Assembly (NCBI RefSeq): GCF_007747445.1 | Contig: NZ_CP036425.1 | Coordinates: 1,084,175-1,100,174, forward strand | DNA from: Poriferisphaera corsica | GTDB lineage: Bacteria > Planctomycetota > Phycisphaerae > Phycisphaerales > Phycisphaeraceae | Length of the DNA: 16,000 bases | Direction: 5' to 3' | Shown: positions 1 to 6,222 of the stretch, piece after piece | How the letters are laid out: each line of letters opens with the position of its first letter | Numbering within the stretch: position 1 is the first letter of the stretch | Notes under the pieces: model-generated | Told to the model about the DNA's origin: nothing | Databases searched by the model: none | The model's input: the letters and a program-made list of their open reading frames with translations, nothing else | Position numbers and translations under genes: made by a program

Positions 1-26
1 TGTGCGGTGTTGTTGACGATTGACAT
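1..26 (-). CDS. 5' end (MSIVNNTA...) of an unidentified CDS that continues beyond the left edge
   Basis: There is a minus-strand ATG at 26..24 with GGAGG (plus-strand cctcc 33..37) 6 nt upstream. The codons ATC GTC AAC AAC ACC GCA follow the C/A-ending usage of the other minus-strand genes in this window. The fragment is too short to identify. Confidence 0.3.
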
Positions 27-161
27 GGGATGCCTCCGGAATCGTACTGTTTCAGTTTTGTATAAATTGTTGCTGGGACGTGAGATATGTCCCGGAGACA
101 GGCTAATATGAGTATCGTTTGTGACGGGGATTTACTTAAGTGGAGTTTGATATAGACCTAT

Positions 162-193
162 AAAAAAAACGCGATCCGTGGATCGCGTTTTTT
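162..193 (-). terminator. Rho-independent terminator downstream of the 220..699 gene (looks bidirectional)
   Basis: A8 (162-169), a 7-bp GC-rich stem cgcgatc/gatcgcg (170-176 / 181-187) with 4-nt loop cgtg, then T6 (188-193). Read on the minus strand this is hairpin plus T8, lying 27 nt after the TAA at 220-222. Confidence 0.7.
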
Positions 194-219
194 GGGAACA
201 TTCAATGATAAATCGTAAC

Positions 220-699
220 TTAGTAGTGACCAGAACCACCATTAGTGGTTATTGCAGTATTTAGTTCAAAGAAGGTGTTGTTAAGAATTTCAATTATTAC
301 GCCTTCAGTTCCGTACCATTCTTCAGATTTACTCTTGTCTAAATGTATCGTGTCGTCTGAAAAATCAATCTTTGCACTTGCAAAGTACTGAATCAAAGTA
401 AAGGCGTCATTAAATGTGATTTCATGTCCAAGTATATGAGAGTAGTCATTCCGGAGGTTATTGAATTGAATGAGTGCATTCATGAAATCATCAGTCACAA
501 AATCATAATCCCTACACCTTTCAACCTTCTTCGGAAATGGCCATTTCCAAGGCGTTTCGCCATGATTTTTTATTTGTAGAAGTTCAACAAGCATTGCTTC
601 AATCGTTAGATGTCCCACTAATATCGTTACTATAAGATCACGTTGCGGGTTTTGATTAAGCCACATATCAAACTGAGGTTTAATTTTTGCTTTTCTCAT
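220..699 (-). CDS. Hypothetical 159-aa all-helical protein with an HEPN-type Rx4H motif (RNDYSH); possible orphan HEPN ribonuclease/toxin-like protein
   Basis: Clean ATG..TAA ORF with its own terminator on each side. The motif R83-N-D-Y-S-H88 (nt 436..453, verified by reverse complement cgg aat gac tac tct cat) sits in a predicted helix (FMNALIQFNNLRNDYSHILGH), preceded by a hydrophobic helix (LIVTILVGHLTIEAMLVELL), as in HEPN domains. GC is about 33% in a hand count of 241-340, against about 56% in fabH (901-1000). No SD is seen. Confidence 0.7.
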   Translation of the reverse strand: MRKAKIKPQFDMWLNQNPQRDLIVTILVGHLTIEAMLVELLQIKNHGETPWKWPFPKKVERCRDYDFVTDDFMNALIQFNNLRNDYSHILGHEITFNDAFTLIQYFASAKIDFSDDTIHLDKSKSEEWYGTEGVIIEILNNTFFELNTAITTNGGSGHY

Positions 700-752
700 T
701 GCAGCATTTTAAGTGAGGAGCAGCCTGTATAAAAGGGAGTCGATAGGCTAAT

Positions 753-780
753 AAAAAACGCGACCGGGAGGTCGCGTTTT
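753..780 (-). terminator. Rho-independent terminator of the rpmF-plsX-fabH operon
   Basis: A6 (753-758), stem cgcgacc/ggtcgcg (759-765 / 770-776) with loop ggga, then T4 (777-780). On the minus strand this is hairpin plus T6, about 50 nt after the fabH stop (825-827). Confidence 0.7.
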
Positions 781-786
781 GGGAGA

Positions 787-808
787 TTTGTTTTGTTTTG
801 TTTTGTTG
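787..808. repeat. Pentanucleotide microsatellite (TTTTG)3 with partial flanking units, in the fabH 3' UTR
   Basis: tttg ttttg ttttg ttttg ttg. The perfect units lie at 791-805, between the fabH stop and its terminator. Confidence 0.6.
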
Positions 809-824
809 TGATGTGGTCGGGAGC

Positions 825-1841
825 TTAGAGCTTCCAGAGGCTGGTGCCCCAGCTTAATCCGCCGCCTTGAGCGACGAAGATGACGTAGTCGCCTTCTTTG
901 ATTTTTTCCTGATCCATGAGTTCATGGAGGCAGAGGCCGACGGTGCCGGCGGAGGAGTTGCCGTAACGGTCGATGTTGACGTAGACCTTGTCGATGGGGA
1001 AGCCAAGCTTCTTCCATGCGGTTTGGAGCATACGCAGATTTGATTGGTGGGGGATGACCATCTTGACTTGGTCGGCGGTGATGCCGGCGCGGCTCATGGC
1101 TTCATCGACACAGTCTGCCAATGCGTTGACGGCAAACTTGTAGACGGCTTTGCCGTTCATCTGGATGGTGTTGTATGCCCCACTGAAGGCTTCTTTTTCG
1201 CTTTCAGGGATGTCTGCATCGGTGCGCGGTACGTAGAGGACTTCGCCTCGTTCACCGTCAGACCACATGCCTTGGTAGAGGCAACCGACTTCAGGGTCGT
1301 CACTTGCGGAGAGGACGGCGGCACCGGCGGCGTCTCCGAAGAGTACGCAAGTGCGACGGTCTTTCCAGTCGGTGATTTTGCTGAGTGCGTCAGCGCCACA
1401 TACGGCGATGTTTTTGTAGTGTCCGGACTCGATCATGCATGAAGCGGTGTTGATTGCTGCGACAAAGCCGGTACAGGCGATGTTCAGGTCGTAGGCTCCG
1501 CATGGGATGGCACCGAGTTTCTTGACGACGGTAGCCGCCATGGCAGGGCAGATGACATCCTGAGTCATCGAGGCAACGATGACCATGTCGAGATCTTTGG
1601 GGTCGATATTAGCGTTCTCACAGGCTTGCCTGATGGCACCGGTGGCTAGATCGCTGGTGTCTTGACCATCAGCGATGATATAGCGGGTTTTGATGCCGGT
1701 ACGCTGTGTGATCCACTCGTCATTGGTGTCGACCATCTTGGAGAGGTCTTCATTGGTGAGAGCTTTGTTTGGGATACACATGCCGGTGCCGGTGATTTTG
1801 ACACCCGCTGGACGCGAGAGACTGCGTCTTGTTCCTTGCAT
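825..1841 (-). CDS. fabH: 3-oxoacyl-[ACP] synthase III (KAS III, FabH)
   Basis: 338 aa. N-terminus I.GTG.C.PNKALTNEDLSKMVDTNDEWITQRTGIKTR. Catalytic triad contexts are NIACTGF (Cys), IPHQSN (His) and YGNSSAGT (Asn). Its ATG overlaps the plsX TAA by 1 nt (TAATG at 1839-1843). Confidence 0.95.
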   Translation of the reverse strand: MQGTRRSLSRPAGVKITGTGMCIPNKALTNEDLSKMVDTNDEWITQRTGIKTRYIIADGQDTSDLATGAIRQACENANIDPKDLDMVIVASMTQDVICPAMAATVVKKLGAIPCGAYDLNIACTGFVAAINTASCMIESGHYKNIAVCGADALSKITDWKDRRTCVLFGDAAGAAVLSASDDPEVGCLYQGMWSDGERGEVLYVPRTDADIPESEKEAFSGAYNTIQMNGKAVYKFAVNALADCVDEAMSRAGITADQVKMVIPHQSNLRMLQTAWKKLGFPIDKVYVNIDRYGNSSAGTVGLCLHELMDQEKIKEGDYVIFVAQGGGLSWGTSLWKL

Positions 1842-2878
1842 TAGGCTGATTCCTCTGCGACTACTTCGGAATTTGCGAACGCCTCCACGATGGCGTCATT
1901 CACATGATGCTCCGCATACGAGATCGCTTTGCGGATTGCATTTTTGATGGTTCTAGCCTGGCTTGAACCGTGGCAGATCATGCAGATGCTGTTCGCTCCG
2001 AGCAGTGGCGCGCCACCATACTCATGATAATCGTGTTTCTTCCAGACCCGTTTTGCGACAGGTTCGAACTGCATGGCAAGCCCGGGGTCTTCTTCGAGGA
2101 TTTCGTGGGCGATGATCTCGAAGAGTCCTTTTGAAAGGCCTTCGGAAAGTTTTAGCACGACATTGCCGGTAAAACCTTCACACACGACGACGTCCGCCAT
2201 CCCTTTAAAGAGAGAACGACCTTCGCAGTAACCAACATAGTTGATTGAAGAATCGCTCTTAATAATTTCGTTTGTTTCTTTAACAAGGGAGTTGCCCTTG
2301 TTTTCTTCGCCACCGATGGAGAGTAGTGCGACTCTGGGGTTGTCGACGCCGAGGACTTCGCGGGAATAGATCGCGGACATTTTGGCGTACTGGTAGAGGT
2401 GTGAGGGCCGTGGTTCGGGGTTTGCGCCGACATCACAGAGGACGACGGGGCCGTGGAACGTTGGCAGGATGATTGCGATTCCGGGGCGGTGAACGCCTGG
2501 GAGTCGGCGCAGTGACATTTGTGCGGCTGCGACACAAGCGCCGGTGTTGCCGGCACTGATGATCACGTCGACTTTTTTGTCGCCTGCTTTGCGTCCGGCC
2601 ATCTTACCCATGACAACGAGGGAGCTGTCAGGCTTATCACGGATCGCCTGTACGGGTGACTCGCCCATGCCGATGGACTGGGTGGTGCCGACAATTTCGA
2701 GGCGTTGCTTATCATCGTCACTCAGGGTGCGTTCGGCAATCGCTTCTTCAATCAGCTCCTGGTCACCGATAAGCACAAGCGTGTCATCGGAGGAGAGAAG
2801 TTCAATCGCGTCGAGGCACCCAGTGATGATGGCATCTGGGGCGTTATCGCCCCCCATCACGTCTACTGCAATGCGCAC
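1841..2878 (-). CDS. plsX: Phosphate:acyl-ACP acyltransferase PlsX
   Basis: 345 aa with the hallmark N-terminus (M)RIAVDVMGGDNAP plus SAGNTGA and ICHG motifs. It uses a GTG start at 2878, only 4 nt after the rpmF stop. The rpmF-plsX-fabH order is the classical one. Confidence 0.95.
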   Translation of the reverse strand: MRIAVDVMGGDNAPDAIITGCLDAIELLSSDDTLVLIGDQELIEEAIAERTLSDDDKQRLEIVGTTQSIGMGESPVQAIRDKPDSSLVVMGKMAGRKAGDKKVDVIISAGNTGACVAAAQMSLRRLPGVHRPGIAIILPTFHGPVVLCDVGANPEPRPSHLYQYAKMSAIYSREVLGVDNPRVALLSIGGEENKGNSLVKETNEIIKSDSSINYVGYCEGRSLFKGMADVVVCEGFTGNVVLKLSEGLSKGLFEIIAHEILEEDPGLAMQFEPVAKRVWKKHDYHEYGGAPLLGANSICMICHGSSQARTIKNAIRKAISYAEHHVNDAIVEAFANSEVVAEESA

Positions 2879-2882
2879 GGGA

Positions 2883-3068
2883 TTAGTCTTCCTTCGAGTT
2901 GAGTTGTAGTTTCAGGCCTGGGCGTACGTACCCGCAGTCACTGCATGCTGCGTGTGGCAATTTGATGCCGCCGCAGTTGGGGCAGCTGACGGAGACGCGC
3001 GCTTTAATTGCGTCGTGGCTACGACGGATGCGGCCTCTGGTACGACTCTGTCTCTGTTGTGGAACCAT
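2883..3068 (-). CDS. rpmF: 50S ribosomal protein L32 (zinc-ribbon, 4-Cys form)
   Basis: MVPQQRQSRTRGRIRRSHDAIK... followed by CPNCG...CSDCG (CxxC..CxxC). I place the start at the ATG 3068..3066; the track ORF begins 5 codons earlier at a TTG at 3083, which does not fit the usual L32 N-terminus. It sits immediately upstream of plsX. Confidence 0.9.
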   Translation of the reverse strand: MVPQQRQSRTRGRIRRSHDAIKARVSVSCPNCGGIKLPHAACSDCGYVRPGLKLQLNSKED

Positions 3069-3486
3069 GGTTCTACTTTCCAAATACTACTGTTCAAGTT
3101 GAAATAAATCTCACCATTGGTTGGGTCGGGATGTGTTCATGGCACAATCGGCCCAGAATGGTGTTCAGGAAACCGCAAAGGGTAGCTTTGCGGGGGTATT
3201 CCGTCAACCTGACCCCTAACGGGGCCCGGACAGAAAATAGGTTTTAAAAGGTGCGAAAATACGGTTGTGGGGCTGTGTCGCGGGGGGGGTGTAGCAGCAT
3301 GGGGGATAAATGAGGGTTGAGGGGCTGTAGGTGGGGGTCTGAAGAGTCTGTAGTTGTTTATGTGACTGTTTTTCGCGGATTTGAGGGGGATTGAGTATTT
3401 TTGAGGGATTCAGAAATCTTACACAATCTTAAGGCGTGAGTCATGTGGCGTCATGGTGAGATTGCGTGTTCTCTGGATATTGGGTG

Positions 3487-3517
3487 AAAAAAAATACCAC
3501 GGAGAAGGACTCCGTGG
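3487..3517 (-). terminator. Rho-independent terminator of the symporter operon
   Basis: A8 (3487-3494), 8-bp stem ccacggag/ctccgtgg (3497-3504 / 3510-3517), loop aagga. On the minus strand this is hairpin, then ta, then T8, lying 38 nt after the TAA at 3555-3557. Confidence 0.75.
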
Positions 3518-3554
3518 CAATTCCTATTTATCACAAGATTTTGAGGGCAATGGG

Positions 3555-5627
3555 TTAAGCGTTGATGAGATCGGCTGCGGTGCTGGCGGGCTCGTGTTCG
3601 AGATCGACGGCTGGTGGTTCGTATTCGGGTTCGCGGATGGATGCGATCATCTCTTGCACTTTCTCGTTGGGGCCTGTGGTGAACGGAACGAGTGAGAGTG
3701 TGAGTACGAAGTTGATGATCATGCCGACGACGCCGATGCCTTGGGGGCCGATGCCGAAGCACCAGTGTGGCATTTTGAAGTAGACGGCGGCGATGATGTA
3801 AAAGGCGGTAAAGGCGATGCCAGCAATCATGCCGGTGATGGCCGCGGTGGTGCCGACACGTTTTGAGAAGATGCCGAGGACGATGGCTGGGAAGAATGAG
3901 GCGGCGGCGAGGCCGAAGGCGAAGGCAACGACTTGTGAGACGAAGCCTGGGGGGTAGATGCCGAAGAGTCCGGCGATGACGACGGCGAAGCCAATGGTGA
4001 CGCGACCGACGGCGAGGCGTGAAGTTTCGGAGGCGTTGTTATTAAGGATGCGGAAGTAGAGGTCGTGTGCGACGGAAGATGAGATGACGAGTAGTAGACC
4101 TGAAGCGGTTGAGAGTGCGGCGGCGAGAGCGCCTGCGGCGATGAATGCGATGATCCAGTTGGAGAGTTCAGCCATTTCAGGTGTTGCGAGGACGATGATG
4201 TCACGGTCTGGGCCTGAGAGATTTTTGGCGGTGAGTATTTGCCGGGCATCAGCGCCTTGCTGGCCGTTTGAGTCGAGCCAGAGCTGATGGTTGGTGCGGA
4301 GTGTTCCGAGTTCTGCGGCGATGGCGCCGGAGCCTGTACGGAAGATTTCGTTGTCTTCGCGTCCGGTGTATTTGAGTTTGCCGTCGTTGTCGCCATCGAA
4401 GAATGCGATGAGTCCAGTGCGTTCCCAGTTAAAGAACCAGTGCGGAAGTTCGGAGAGGATGTCGCCTGTGGTTTTGTGGATGATGTAGCGTTTTTGTCCG
4501 GCGGCAGTGGTGAATGAGGTGAATTCAGGGGCGAATGAGCCATCGGTGCCGTGATCGACGGCGATGCGTGGGATGCTATCGGCATCGTTGATGAGTTTGA
4601 GCGTTTGGCCGGTGTCGGTTGTGATGCCTTGTGGCGGGAGTGGGACGTTGTAGGTTCGGTTGTTGAGTGTGGTGAGCATGTAGTATCGTGCGAATGCGGC
4701 TGTTGACGGCGCGGTGAGGTAGAGGCCGGCCATGAAGAAGAGTGCCCAGAAGGCTGACCATCGTGCGGCTTTGACGTTTTTAACGGTGTAGAAACGGACG
4801 ATGACGTGGGGTAGTCCTGCGGTGCCGACCATGAGAACGAGTGCTACGCAGAACATGTTGAGGAGTTTATTGAATCCGCCGCCGGATTCGCCGGAAGCGG
4901 CGGTGTAAGAGCCGAAGCCGAGGTCACTGCCGATGTCGTTGAGTTTATCGAGGAAGAATGCGGAGGATTGTGTGGTTGTGTCGGTGATGGTTGAGCCGAG
5001 TCCTAACTGTGGGATAGGGTTGCCAGTGAGCTTGATTGAGATGGCGATCGCGGGGATGAGGAATGCAGTGATGAGGATCCAGAATTGGGCGACTTGAGTC
5101 CATGTGATGCCTTTCATGCCGCCGAGTGTGGCGTAGATGAAGACGATGATCATGCCGATGATGACGCCGTAGGTGACGGGGACTTCGAGGAAGCGAGAAA
5201 AGACGATACCGACACCGCGCATTTGTCCAGCGACGTATGTGAAGGAGATAAAGATTGCACATATCACTGCGACGAGCCGGGCGAAGTCCGAGGAGTAGCG
5301 GTCGCCGATAAAATCGGGAACCGTAAAGTGTCCGAACTTTCGGAGGTATGGTGCGAGGAGTAGCGCGAGGAGTACGAACCCACCCGTCCATCCCATGAGG
5401 TATTGTCCACCGGCGTAGCCCATGGTTGCGATGAGTCCTGCCATGCCGATGAAAGATGCGGCTGACATCCAGTCGGCGGCGGTTGCCATACCGTTGGCGG
5501 AAGCAGGGATGCCTCGTCCGGCGACGTAGAAGCCTTTGGTGTCTTTGACACGAGCCCGCCATGCGATGAAGAGATAGAGCGTGAAGGTGATGCCGACGAA
5601 TATGTAAGTCCATGTCATGACGTTCAT
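3555..5627 (-). CDS. Sodium:solute symporter (SSF) large subunit, ActP / VC_2705-like, with a long hydrophilic insertion
   Basis: 690 aa and polytopic. SSF-like motifs are FYVAGRGIP..NGMATAADWMSAASFIGMAG, GLPHVIVRFYT and AAGALAAALSTASGLLLVISSSVAHDLY. Its start overlaps the stop of the DUF4212 gene (ATGA at 5624-5627), the pairing typical of the two-component symporter family. Substrate cannot be assigned from sequence. Confidence 0.9.
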   Translation of the reverse strand: MNVMTWTYIFVGITFTLYLFIAWRARVKDTKGFYVAGRGIPASANGMATAADWMSAASFIGMAGLIATMGYAGGQYLMGWTGGFVLLALLLAPYLRKFGHFTVPDFIGDRYSSDFARLVAVICAIFISFTYVAGQMRGVGIVFSRFLEVPVTYGVIIGMIIVFIYATLGGMKGITWTQVAQFWILITAFLIPAIAISIKLTGNPIPQLGLGSTITDTTTQSSAFFLDKLNDIGSDLGFGSYTAASGESGGGFNKLLNMFCVALVLMVGTAGLPHVIVRFYTVKNVKAARWSAFWALFFMAGLYLTAPSTAAFARYYMLTTLNNRTYNVPLPPQGITTDTGQTLKLINDADSIPRIAVDHGTDGSFAPEFTSFTTAAGQKRYIIHKTTGDILSELPHWFFNWERTGLIAFFDGDNDGKLKYTGREDNEIFRTGSGAIAAELGTLRTNHQLWLDSNGQQGADARQILTAKNLSGPDRDIIVLATPEMAELSNWIIAFIAAGALAAALSTASGLLLVISSSVAHDLYFRILNNNASETSRLAVGRVTIGFAVVIAGLFGIYPPGFVSQVVAFAFGLAAASFFPAIVLGIFSKRVGTTAAITGMIAGIAFTAFYIIAAVYFKMPHWCFGIGPQGIGVVGMIINFVLTLSLVPFTTGPNEKVQEMIASIREPEYEPPAVDLEHEPASTAADLINA

Positions 5628-5995
5628 ACGACACCTCCGTCATTGTTTTTGGATTTGGTATGAAGTTCGTCTAACTCGCGCTTATGGAGGTTGTCGATTT
5701 TATTCATTGTGAGCGCGTAGATGAGGATGATGATGACGAAGATGATGATGGCGCCTTGTTGGGCGAACCAGAAACCAAGTGGATAGCCTGTGCCGGGGAA
5801 GTTGAATTGGTTGAGCCAGTCGGCGAAAAGGATGCCGCAGCCGAGGCCTGCGGCGGCCCAGATGAGCAGGAGGATGCCCATGACGCGGATATTGCGTTCC
5901 CAGTATTTTTGAATCGATTTTACGATGATAGGATTCGAGTAATCTATCTTACGCTTAGGTTTTTGGTCAGGGGGTGCGGGTGGCTGATCGTGCAT
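5624..5995 (-). CDS. DUF4212-type small subunit of a solute:sodium symporter
   Basis: 123 aa with two TM helices. It matches the family pattern YWERNIRVMGILLLIWA...FPGTGYPLGFWFAQQGAIIIFVIIILIYALTMNKID. GGAG lies 7 nt upstream of the ATG, and the gene is translationally coupled to the large subunit. Confidence 0.85.
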   Translation of the reverse strand: MHDQPPAPPDQKPKRKIDYSNPIIVKSIQKYWERNIRVMGILLLIWAAAGLGCGILFADWLNQFNFPGTGYPLGFWFAQQGAIIIFVIIILIYALTMNKIDNLHKRELDELHTKSKNNDGGVV

Positions 5996-6028
5996 GTTTG
6001 GGCTCCTACAATGAAACAGGATAGCGAC

Positions 6029-6053
6029 ATCGCTTCATTATTTATGAAGCGAT
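6029..6053. promoter_or_regulatory. Perfect 10-bp inverted repeat (atcgcttcat N5 atgaagcgat) in the leader/promoter of the symporter operon
   Basis: Arms at 6029-6038 and 6044-6053 with a 5-nt AT loop, 34-58 nt upstream of the DUF4212 ATG (5995). No T-run follows on either strand, so it is a candidate operator or 5'-UTR hairpin rather than a terminator. Confidence 0.45.
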
Positions 6054-6222
6054 ACAGCGGATGATTAGATAAGAAATACTGAGTCTAAAAGATGATTCAG
6101 CTAGGGAACCAATCGGGATGAAGCAAGATCGTAAAGATAAATATGATAAAGGTGCAAATGGTTTTTTTAATATTGTGGGAAGAGTGGTATATGGGGTATG
6201 GCGAGTAAGTATTCAGGTGATT

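Noticed and set aside
75-93. Small hairpin gggac-N9-gtccc in the leader of the left-edge gene.
   Set aside because: It has only a 5-bp stem and no flanking T-run or recognisable motif. It is not distinguishable from chance.
3281-3297. Shared motif CGGGGGG(G/GA)TGTAGCAG at 3281-3297 and 10637-10652.
   Set aside because: There are only about 16 matching nt, with an indel, in G-rich intergenic DNA. The two copies have inconsistent orientation and distance relative to neighbouring genes. That is too short to call a repeat family without a genome-wide count.
3269-3337. G-run clusters compatible with G-quadruplex formation on the plus strand. One has runs of G4, G8, G5, G3, G4 and G5 at 3269-3337. 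A second cluster lies at 10346-10384.
   Set aside because: The plus strand is G-rich everywhere because of the window-wide skew. Several loops exceed the canonical 7 nt. There is no positional logic relative to promoters or starts, so this is probably compositional.
3008-3762. ORFs 3008..3247 (+), 3451..3762 (-) and 3453..3695 (+), lying in or around the rpmF-symporter intergenic region.
   Set aside because: They overlap rpmF or the symporter 3' end and its terminator. Their products are low-complexity (Arg/His-rich) with no recognisable family. The region is better explained as non-coding.
3827-5643. Long alternative-frame ORFs nested in the symporter gene: 3827..4585 (252 aa, Ser/Pro/Thr-rich), 4945..5643 (232 aa, Arg/His-rich), 5264..5551, and the plus-strand ORFs 4084..4517.
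   Set aside because: They have low-complexity, compositionally extreme translations with no motifs, and they fully overlap a gene with strong family signatures. These are typical off-frame artefacts of skewed, moderately GC-rich DNA.
5684-6064. Plus-strand 126-aa ORF with a striking acidic run (DEDDDDEDDD), antisense to the DUF4212 gene.
   Set aside because: The acidic run is simply the reverse complement of the Ile/Phe/Val-rich TM helix codons (ATC/TTC/GTC) of the small symporter subunit. There is no independent evidence of coding.
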